A stretch of 64,000 nt of DNA, from NCBI RefSeq assembly GCF_009914755.1, contig NC_060939.1; one strand, 5' to 3'. This DNA comes from the human T2T-CHM13v2.0 reference genome, Homo sapiens. The translations under genes were made by a program, and so were the position numbers. A model generated the notes under the pieces. That model was not told the origin of the DNA, did no database searches, and saw only the letters and a program-made list of their open reading frames with translations. Shown in pieces: positions 53,888-64,000 of this stretch. How positions within the stretch are numbered: position 1 is the stretch's first letter; each line of letters opens with the position of its first letter.

Positions 53888-54224
53888 ATTACATTTCACC
53901 ATTCCATTGCATTCCATTGCATTCCATTCCATTCCATTCCACTCCACTGCACTCCACTCTACTCTATTCCATTCCACTTCACTCCATTCCATACCATTCC
54001 ATTCCATGCCATTCCATTCCATTCCACTCCACTCTGATCCACTCTACTCACCTGCACTCCACTCCACTCCATTCCATTCTGTTCCATTCCATAGCGTTCC
54101 ATTCCATTCCATTCCTTTCCACTCCATTCCATTCTACTCCACTCCATTCCATTCCACTTCATTCCAATCCACTCCTCTGCACTCCACTCCACTCCATTTC
54201 ATTCTACTCTATTCCATTCGATTC

Positions 54225-54289
54225 CTTTATTTCAACTGAATCTCACTCTGTCACCCATATTGGAGTGCAGTGGTACAATTTTAGCACAC
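54225..54289 (-). mobile_element. Alu 3'-end fragment, copy 7
   Basis: ctttatttcaactgaatctcactctgtcacccatattggagtgcagtggtacaattttagcacac. Confidence 0.8.
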
Positions 54290-54831
54290 ATTTCATTTCA
54301 CCTTTCCATTCCATTGCACTCCACTCCACTGCATTGCAATCCATTCAACTCCACTCCTTTCCATTCCATTCCATTCCATTCCGTCCCATTCCATTTCATT
54401 CCATTCCACTGCACTCAGATCCACTCGACTCAACTCCAATTCACTCCCCTCCACTCTGTTCCGTTCCCTTCCTTTCCATTCCATTCCATTCCATTCCTTT
54501 CCATTCCATTCCACTGCACTCCGATACACTCCACTCAACTTCTCTCCACTCTACTCCACTCCGTTGCATTCCATCCCAATCCATTCCATTCCATTCCAAT
54601 CCACTCCACTCCACTCTATTTCACTCCATTCCACTCCATTCAACTCTAATCCACTAAACTCCATTGCATTTCACTCCATTCCACTCCACTCCACTCTATT
54701 TCACTCCATTCCACTCCACTCAACTCTAATCCACTAAACTCCATTGCATTTCACTCCATTCCACTCCATTCCACTCCACTCCTCTCCATTCAACTCCATT
54801 CCATTTGATTCTACTCCATTCCATTGCATTC

Positions 54832-54896
54832 CTTTATTTCGACTGGATCTCACTCTGTCACCCAGACAGGAGTTTCGGTGCACAATCTTAGCTCAC
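54832..54896 (-). mobile_element. Alu 3'-end fragment, copy 8
   Basis: ctttatttcgactggatctcactctgtcacccagacaggagtttcggtgcacaatcttagctcac. Confidence 0.8.
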
Positions 54897-55617
54897 ATTT
54901 CACTTCACAATTCCATTCCATTCCATTCCTTTACATTACTCTCCACTCCACTCCACTGCACTCCACTTCTCTCCATTTCACTACACTCCATTCCATTCCA
55001 TTCCATTCCATTCCATTCCATTCAATCCAATCCATTCCATTCAACACCACTCCACTCCACTCCACTCCACTCCATTGCAATACATTCCATTCCATTCCAT
55101 TCCATTCTATTCCATCCTCTTCCATTCCATTCCATTCCGCTCCACTTCATTCCATTAATTTCCATTCCATTCCATTCCACTCCACTTCATTCCATTCCAT
55201 TCCTTTTCACTGCACTCCCCTCTATTCCATTCCATTCCATTCCACTCCACTGCATTCTGTTCAATTCTGTTCCAATCCTTTCCATTCCATTCCATTCCAC
55301 TCCATTCCGTTAACCTCCACTCTTTTCAACTCCACTCCATTTCAATCCATTCCACTCCGTTCCACTCTGTTCCGCTCCACTCCACTCCAATCCACTCCAT
55401 TCCATTCTATTCCGTTCCATTCCACTTCATTCCATGCCATTCCCCTTCACTGCATTGAATTCCACTCCATCCCAATCCACTCCACTCCTTTCCATTCCAT
55501 TGAATTCTATTCCAATCCATTCCACCCTAATCCACTCCACTCTATTCCACTCCACTCCACTCCATTACATTCCACTCCACTCCATTCCATTCCTTTCTAC
55601 TCCATTCCATTCCATTC

Positions 55618-55682
55618 CTTTATTTCGACTGAATCTCACTCTGTCACCCGGACTGGAGTGCAGTGGCACAATCTTAGCTCAC
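55618..55682 (-). mobile_element. Alu 3'-end fragment, copy 9
   Basis: ctttatttcgactgaatctcactctgtcacccggactggagtgcagtggcacaatcttagctcac. Confidence 0.82.
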
Positions 55683-56812
55683 ATTTCATTTCACCATTCC
55701 ATTCCATTCCATTCCATTCCATTCCATTCCATTCCACTCCACTGCACTCCGATCCACTCCACTCAACTCCACTCCACTACAATCCACTAAGTTCAATTCC
55801 GTTCCCTTCCATTCCTTTCCGTTCCTTTCCATTCCCCACCATTCCATTCCTCTCCACTCCACTTTTCTCCATTTCAGTCTATTCCATTCCACTCCACTCC
55901 TCTCCACTCCATTGCGTTCCATTCCACTCCACTCTGTTCAATTCCATTGCATTCCATTCCATTTCATTCCATTCCAATCCACTCCATTTAATTCCTCTCC
56001 ATTCCACTACATTCCACTCCACTCCACTGCAATCCACTCCATTCCACTCCACTAAATTCCACTCCACTCCACTCCATTCCATTCCACTCCACTGCAGTCT
56101 GATCCACTCCACGCAACTCCACTCCACTCCACTCCCCTCTGCTCCATTCCATTCCATTCCATTTTGTTCCGTTCCGTTCCATTCCGTTCCAGTCCATTCC
56201 ATTCCACTATACTCCACTCTACTAAATTCCACTCCACTCGACTCCATTATCCACCATTCCACTTCATTCCACTGCATTCCATTCCATTCCATTCCACTCT
56301 ATTCCATTTCATTCCATTCCACTGCATTCCACTCTATTCCACTCCACTCCATTCTACTACACTCCATTACACTCCACTCCACTCCACTCTATTCCCGGCA
56401 ACTCCACTCCTTTCCATTCCACTCTATTCCATTCCATTCCACTACTACTTTTCACTCCATTCAACTCCATTCCACTCCACTCCACTCCAATCCATTCCAC
56501 TCAATATCATTCCATTACATTCCACTCCATTCCATTCCGTTCCACTCCATTCCACTCCATTCAACTACACTCCATTCCCCACCACTCCATTCTACTCCAC
56601 TCCACTCCATTATCCTCCATTCCACTTTATTCCTTTCCAGTCTATTCCATTCCAGTCCATTTCATTTCATTCCATTCCACTCCATTCCACTCCACTCCAT
56701 TCCACTCCACTCCATTCCACTCCACTCCCTTCCACTCCACTCCACTCCATTCCATTCCATTCTTTTCAACTCCACTCCATTCCATTCCACTTTACTCCAT
56801 CCCTTTGCATTC

Positions 56813-56877
56813 CTTAATTTCGATTGGATGTTTCTCTGTACCCCAGACTGTAGTGCAGTGGCACAATCTTAGCTCAC
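56813..56877 (-). mobile_element. Alu 3'-end fragment, copy 10
   Basis: cttaatttcgattggatgtttctctgtaccccagactgtagtgcagtggcacaatcttagctcac. Confidence 0.8.
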
Positions 56878-57194
56878 ATTACCTTGCACCATTCCATTCC
56901 ATTCCATTGCTTTCCATTCCATTCCATTCCACTCCATTCCACTCCACTCCAGTTCACTCCGCTCCACTCCATTCCACTCCACTCCGATCCACTCCATTCA
57001 ACTACACTCCACTCCACTCCGTTCTTTCCTGTTCCATTCCATCCTGTTCCATTCCATTCCTTTCCATTCCACTCCATTCCATTCCACTCCACTCCATTCC
57101 ACTCCACTCCATTCCATTCCACTTCATTCCACTGCACCCCACTGCACTCCACTCCACTCCATTCCATTCCATTCTACTCCATTCCATTCGTTTC

Positions 57195-57259
57195 CTTTAT
57201 TTCATCTGAATCTCACTCTGTCAACCAGACTGGAGTGCAGTGACACTATCTTAGCACAC
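57195..57259 (-). mobile_element. Alu 3'-end fragment, copy 11
   Basis: ctttatttcatctgaatctcactctgtcaaccagactggagtgcagtgacactatcttagcacac. Confidence 0.8.
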
Positions 57260-58883
57260 ATTTCATTTCACCATTATATTCTATTACATTCCATTCAACT
57301 CCACTCCATTCCATTCCACTCCACTCCATTCCATTCCATTCAACTCCATTCCATTCCATTCCATTCCATTCCATTCCATTCCATTCCACTGCACTCAGAT
57401 CCACTCCACTGAACTCCACTTCACTCCACTCCACTCTGTTCCATTCCATTCCATTCCATTCCTTTCCATAACATTCCACTGCACTCCGATACACTCCACT
57501 CAACCCCACTCCACTCCACTCCGTTCCATTCCATTCCATTCCGCTCTGTTCCGTTCCATTCCATTCCATTCCATTCCATTCCATTCCATTCCATTCTTTT
57601 CTGTTCCATTCCATTCTTTTCCAATCCACACCATTCCAAACCACTCCATTCCATTAAATTCCTGTCCACTCCACTCCACTCCATTCCATTCCATTGCACT
57701 GCACTCCGATCCACTCCACTCAACTCCACTCCACTCCATTCCATTCTACTCCATTGCATTCCACCTCACTCCAATCCACTCCACTCCTCTCCACTCCACT
57801 CCATGCCCTTCCATTCCATTCCAATCCATTCTATACCACTCCACTCCACTCCATTCCATTCCACTCCACTCCTTTCCACTCCGTTCCACTCCATTCCATT
57901 CCACTCCACTCCTTTCCACTCCATTCCATTCCACTCCACTCCTTTCCACTCCATTCCACTCCATTCCATTCCACTCCACTCAATTCCATTCCATTCCATT
58001 CCATTCCATTCCACTCCACTCCAATCCAATGTACATCACTCCACTCCACTCCATTCCATTCCATTCCATTCCACTCCATTCCATTCCATTCCATTCCATT
58101 CCATTCCATTCCATTCCATTCCACTCCACTCCACTCCCCTCCAGTCCACTCCATTCCACTCTACTCCATTCCATTCCATTCTATTCCGTTCCATTCCATT
58201 CCATTCCACTCCACTCCGATCCTCTCCACTCAACTCCACTCCACTGTACTTCTTTCTGTTCCGTTCTGTTGCATTCGATTCCTTTCCCTTCCATTCCATT
58301 CCGTTCCATTCCATTCCACTCCACTCCATGCAATTCCACTCCATTCCTCTCCACTCCACTCCAATCCACTCCACTCCATTCCATTCCATTCCATTCCACT
58401 TCATTCCAATCCACTCTACTCAACTCCACTGCACTCCACTCCATTCCACTCCATTCCACTCTTCTCCACTCCACTCCATTCCATTTCACTCCATTCCATT
58501 CAATTCCATTCCATACCATTCCGCTCCTTTCTACTCCACTCCACTCCAATCCACTCCACTTCACTCCACTCCAATCCATTCCACTCCACTCCATTCTATT
58601 CCACTCCATTCCATTCCACTCCACTCCACTCCATTCCATTCCACTCCACTCTTTTCCATTCCACTCCATTCCACTCCACTCCACTCCCCTCCATTCCATT
58701 CCATTCCTTTCAAATCCACTTCATTCCATTCCACTCCACTCCACTCCAGTCCAATGTACATCACTCCACTCCACTCCACTCCATTCCATTCCATTCCATT
58801 CCACTTCACTCCATTCCATTCCATTCCATTCTATTCCATTCCATTCCATTCCATTCCACTTCACTCCATTCCACTGTACTCCA

Positions 58884-59654
58884 ATCTTCACGTGAAAACT
58901 AGACAGAAACTTTCTGATAAACTTTTTTGTGATGTGTTCATTCATTTCACAGAGTCGATCCATTCTATTGATTGAGCAGTTTGGTCACAGTCTTTTTGTA
59001 TAATCTGCAAAAGGATATTTGTGAGCGCTTTGAAGCCTATGGTGAAAAAGCAAATATCTTCACAGAAAAACTAGAAAGAAGGTTTCTGAGAAACTGTTTT
59101 TTGATGTGTGAATTCATCTCACAGAATTGAACCTTTCTATTGATTGAGTGTATTGGAAACCGTCTTTTTGTAGAATCTGCAAAGGATTATTTGTGAACAC
59201 TTGTGGGCCAATGGTGGAAAAGGAAATATCTTCACAAGAAAACTAGACAGAAGCTTTCTGGGACACTTCTGTGTTATGTGTGCACTCATCTGAATCAGTT
59301 GAGCCATTCTTTTGATTCAGCAGTTTGGAAACAGTCTTTTTGTAGAATCAACAAAGGATATTTGTGAGTGCTTTGAGGCCTATGGGGAAAAAGTAAATAT
59401 CTTCACATAAAAACTAAACAGAAGGTTTCTGAGAAACTGCTTTGTAATGTATGCATTCATCTCACAGAGGTAAACATTTCTTTTCATTGAGCAGATGGGA
59501 AAATCTTTTCTTGTAGAATCTACAAAGGGATATTTGTGAGTGCTTTGAGGCCTATGGTGAAAAAGGAAATATCTTCATATAAAATGTAGACAGAAACGTT
59601 CTGAGAAACTTATTTGTGATGTGTGCATTCATCTCATAGAGTTGAACCATTCTT
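58884..59654 (+). repeat. Alpha satellite, domain 3 (distinct, older-looking type) segment a
   Basis: Forward monomers with signature ctgcaaagggatatttgtgagc (1-bp longer) and ggtgaaaaagg...actagacagaagc/gtttctg. Confidence 0.95.
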
Positions 59655-60791
59655 ATTTTTTTTTTGAACTCTCTGTTTAATTATTTATTTACTTTTATTA
59701 TTATTATACTTTATGTTTTAGGGAACATGTGTACAACGTGTAGGTTTGTTACATATGTATACATTTGCCATGTTTGTATGCATTAGGTATATCTCCTAAG
59801 GCTATCCCTCCCCCTCCCCACACCGGACTACACTCTCTGGTTTGTGGTGTGTGATGGTTCTCTTTCTGTGTCCATGTGTTCTTTGATCAATTCCCAACTA
59901 TGAGTGAGATCATGTGGTGTTTTATTTTTTGTCCTTGTGATAGTTCGCTGAGAATGATGGTTTCCAGCTTCATCCATGTCCCTACAAAGGACATGAAGTC
60001 ATCATTTTTTATGGCCGCATAGTGTTCCATGATGTATATGTGCCACATTTTCTTCATTCAGTCTATCGTTGTTGGACATTTACATTGGTTCCAAGTCTTT
60101 GCTATTGTGAATAGTGCCACTATAAACATACGTGTGTATGTGTCTTTATAGCAGCATGATTTATAATCCTTTGGGTATATACCCAGTAATGGGCTGGCTA
60201 GGTCAAATGGTATTTCTAGTTCTAGATCCCTGAGGAATCACCATACCGACTTCCACAATGGTTGAACTAGTTTACACTGCAACCGACAGCACAAAAGTGT
60301 TCCTATTTCTCACATCCTCTCCAGCACCTGTTGTTTCCTGACTTTTTAATGATCGCCATTCTAACTGGTGTGAGATGGTATCTCATTGTGGTTTTGACTT
60401 GCATTTCTCTGATGGCCAGTGAAGATGAGCATTTTTTCATTTGTTCATTGGCTGCATAAATGTCTTCTTTTGAGAAATGTCTGTTCATATACTTCACCCA
60501 CTTTTTGATGGGGTTGTTTTTTTCCTGTAAATTAGTCTGAGTTCCTTGTAGATTCCTGATATTAGCCCTTTTTCAGATGAGTAGTTTGCAAAAATATTCT
60601 CCCATTCTGTAGGATTCCTGTTCACTCTGATGGTGGTTTCTTTTGCTGTGCAGAAGCTCCTTAGTTTAATTAGATCCCATTTGTCAATTGTGGCTTTTGT
60701 TGCCATTGCTTTAGGTGTTTTAGACATGAAGTTCTTGCCCATGCCTATGTCCTGAATGGTCTTGCCTAGGTTTTCTTCCAGAGATTTTATG
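59655..60791 (-). mobile_element. 5'-truncated older L1 (about L1PA4-PA6), ~1.14 kb, with composite tail
   Basis: Reverse-complement 3'UTR (caacgtgtaggtttgttac, tttccagcttcatcc) plus ORF2 3' part with many substitutions and a 3'UTR deletion. Candidate TSD cattctt at 59648-59654 and 60797-60803. Confidence 0.92.
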
Positions 60792-60796
60792 TGTAG

Positions 60797-63700
60797 CATT
60801 CTTCTGATTAATCAGTTTGGGTATTCTGTTCTTGTAGAATCTGCAAGGAGATATTTGTGAGCGCTTTGAGGCCTTTGGTGAAAAAGGAAATACCTTCACA
60901 TAATAAATAGACAGAAGTTCTCTGAGAAACCTCTCTGTCATGTGTACGTTCATCTCACATAGTTGAAACAGTCTTTTGACTGAGCAGTTTGAAAACTGTC
61001 CATTTGTAGAATCTGCAAAGGGATAATTGTGAGCCCTTTGAGGCCTATGTTGAGAAAGAAAATATCTTCACATAAAAACTAGACAGAAGATTTCTGAGAA
61101 ACCTCTTTGTGGTGTGTGCATTCATCTCACAGAGTTGAACCATTCTTTTGATTGAGCAGTTTGTAAACAGACTTTTTGTAGAATCTTCAAAGGGATATTT
61201 GTCAGCTTTATGAGGCCTATGGTGAAAAAGGAAATATCTTCAATAAAAACTATAAAGAATGTTTCTGAGAAGCTGTTTTGCAAGGTGTGCACTCATCTCA
61301 GAGACAAAAAATTTTCTATTCTTTGATGAGTCTGGAAACTCTGTTCTTGTAAAATATGCAAAGGGATATTTGTGAGTGGCTTGAGGCCTATGGTGAAAAA
61401 GGAAATATCTTCACATAAAAACTACACAGAAGGTTTCAGAGAAACTTCTTTGTGATACGTGCATTCATCTCACAGAGTTGAACCATTCTTTTGATTGAGA
61501 AGTTTGGAAACAGTCTTTTCAGAGAATTTGCAAAGGGACATTTTGAGCGCTTTGATAGGTATGGTGAAAAGGGAAATATCTTCACATAAAAAGTGGACAG
61601 AAGCTTTCAGAGAAACTTATTTGCGATGTGTGCATTCATCTCACAGAGTTGAACTTTTCTTTTTATTTAGCAGTTTGAAAAGAGTTCTTTTCTAGAATCT
61701 GCAGAGGGATATTTGTGAGCCCTTATGGCTTAAGGTGAAATGGGCAATATCTTCACATAAAAACTAGACAGAGGAATTCTGAAAAACTTCTTCATGAAGG
61801 GTGCTTTCATCACACAGAGTTGAACCTCTCTTTTGATTGAGGAGTTTGGAAACTGCCTTTTTGTAGAATATGGAAATGGATATTTGGAGCACTTTGAGGC
61901 CTATGGTGAAAAAAGAAATAACTTCACCTGAAAAATAGATAGAAGCATTCTGAGAAACTTCTTTGTGATGTATGCATTCATCTCACAGAGTTTAAGCTTT
62001 CTTCTGATTAAGCAGTTTCAAAACAGTCCTTTTGTAGAGTCTGCAAAGGGATATTTGTGAGCCCTTTGAGGCCTATGGTGAAATAGGAAATATCTTCACA
62101 TAAAAACTAGTCAGAAGATTTCGGAGAAACTTCTTTGTGATGTGTGCTTTCATCTCACAGAGTAGAACCTTTCTTTTGATGGAGCAGTTTGGAAACACAC
62201 TTTTTCTAGAATCTGCAAATGGATATTTGGAGCAGTTTGAGTACTATGGTGAAAAAGGAAATATCTTCACATAAAAACTAGAAAGCAACATTCTATGAAT
62301 CTACTTTGTTACGTGTGCTTTCATCTCACAGAGTTGAACCTTTCTATTCATTGAGCAGTTTGGAAACCATCATTTTGTAGAATCTGCAAATGGATATTTG
62401 GAGAGGTGTGAGGCCTTCCTGAGAAAGGAAACATCTTTACATAAAAACTAGACAGAAGCATTCTGAGAAACTTCTTGGCGATGTGTGCATTTATCCCACA
62501 GAGTTGAACCCTTCTTTATATTAAACAGTTTGGAAACTGTCTTTTTGTAGTATCTGTAGAGGGATGTTTGCAAGAATTTGAGGCCTATGGTGAACAAGGA
62601 AATATATTCACATAAAAACTAGACAGAAGCTTTCTGAGAAACTTCTTTGTGATGTGTGAATTCATCTGACAGTGTTGAACCTTTCTTTGGATTGAGCAGT
62701 TTGGAAACAATCCTTTTGTAGAATCTTCAAAAGTATATTTCTGAGCCCATTGAGGTCTATGGTGAAATATGATATATCTTCCCATAAAAACTAGACAGAA
62801 GGTTTCTAAGAAACTTCTTTGTGATGTGTGCTTCCATCTCAGAGAGTTGAACTTTTCTTTTGATTGATCAGTTTGGAAACACTCTTTTTGTAGAATCTGC
62901 AAATGGATATTTGGAGCGCTTTGAGGCCTATGGTGGAAAAGGAAATATCATCACATAAAAATTCGACAGAAGAATTCTGAGAAACTTCTTTTTGAGGCTT
63001 GCATTCTTCTACAGCTGAACATTTCTTTGATTTAATATTTGGAAACACTCTTTTTGTAGAATCTACAAATGGGTATTTGGAGTGCTTTGAGGCCTATGGT
63101 GAAAAAAGAAATATCTTCACATAAAAACTAGACAGATGCATTCTGCAAAACTTCTTTGTGATGTGTGCATTCATCTCACAGGGTTGAATCATTCTTTGGA
63201 TTCAGCAGTTTTCTAAACAGTCCTTTTGTAGAATCTGCAAAGGGATATTTATGAGCCCACTGAGTCCTATGGTGAAAAAGGAAATATCTTCAAATAAAAG
63301 CAAAACAGAAGCGTTCTGAGAACCTTCTTTTTGATGTGTGCATTCGTCTCTCAGCGTTGAAACTTTCTTTTGATTGAGCAGGTTGGAAACAGTCTTTTTG
63401 TAAGATCTGCAAAGGGATATTTCTGAGCCGTTTGTGGCTGATGATGAAAAAGATATATCTTCACATAAAAACTAGACAGAAGCATTCTGAGAAATCTCTT
63501 TCTGATGTGTGCATTCATCTCACAGAGTTGAATCTTTCTTTTGTGTGAACAGTTTGGAAACAGTCTTTTTTTTGCATATGCAAACGGATATTTGTGAGCC
63601 CTTTGCAGCCTAAGGTGAAATAGGAAATACCTTCACATAAAAACTAGACAGAATCTCTCTGAGAAAATGCTTTGTGATGTGTGCTTTAATCTCACAGAGG

Positions 63701-64000
63701 TGAAAATTTCTTTTGATTGAACAGTTTGGAAACAGTCTTTTTGTGGAATCTGCAAATGGATATTTGCAGTGCTTTTAGGCCTATGGAGAAAAAGGAAATA
63801 TCTTCACAAAAACACTAAAAAGAAGCTTTCTGAGAAACTTATTTGTGATGCGTGGACTCATTTCACAGAGCTGATCCTTTCTTTTGATTGAGCAGATTGG
63901 AAACCATCCTTTTGTACAATCTGCAAAGAGATATTTTTGAGCCGTTTGATGCCTATGGTGAAAAAGAATTATCTTCACATAAAAAGTAGACAGAATCATT
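60797..64000 (+). repeat. Alpha satellite, domain 3 segment b
   Basis: Mixture of gggatatttgtgagc-type and tggatatttggagc-type monomers; runs to the window end. Confidence 0.97.

Larger units (their letters stand above)
47411..58885 (+). repeat. HSat3-like pentameric satellite, (CATTC)n heavily mixed with CACTC, punctuated by Alu fragments
   Basis: ~11.5 kb of degenerate cattc/cactc pentamers on one strand, with a recurrent landmark cactgcactccgatccactccactcaactcc. Confidence 0.95.

Noticed and set aside
47601-57259. CRISPR-like appearance (constant ~65-bp repeat with variable spacers)
   Set aside because: The repeat is Alu-derived, the spacers are 0.3-1.7 kb of satellite rather than unique ~30-40 bp sequences, there are no cas genes, and the context is primate.
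47411-58885. Assignment as HSat2
   Set aside because: The HSat2-typical cattcgattc/gatgat periodic pattern is essentially absent; the simple pentamer structure fits an HSat3-like call better.
47382-58975. Long ORFs (up to 682 aa) of HSIPF/HSTPL or MEWNG repeats
   Set aside because: CATTC/CACTC pentamers and their complements contain no stop codons, so open frames arise in all six frames by construction. There is no promoter, splice or domain evidence.

Overview
Primate, almost certainly human, pericentromeric heterochromatin. I found no genes. Three alpha-satellite (171-bp) domains are present: ~1-17.6 kb (+), ~17.6-47.4 kb (-) and ~58.9-64 kb (+). I saw no CENP-B boxes, and each domain has its own monomer signature. 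Five 5'-truncated L1 insertions interrupt them, including a human-specific pre-Ta L1HS (ACG/G, 15-bp TSD) and a twin-primed 5'-inverted L1PA2/3-like copy. An ~11.5-kb CATTC/CACTC (HSat3-like) block lies exactly at the second orientation switch. The two most unusual structures are (i) a ~65-bp antisense Alu fragment amplified 11 times as a punctuation unit inside the pentamer satellite, and (ii) a hidden, scrambled 11-monomer (~1.87 kb) relic higher-order repeat at ~30.2-41.8 kb inside what looks like monomeric alpha satellite. All supplied ORFs are satellite artefacts or L1 ORF2 remnants. I see no new protein-coding system. Everything was read by eye, so subfamily and layer names are tentative, and the chromosome cannot be assigned without a search.
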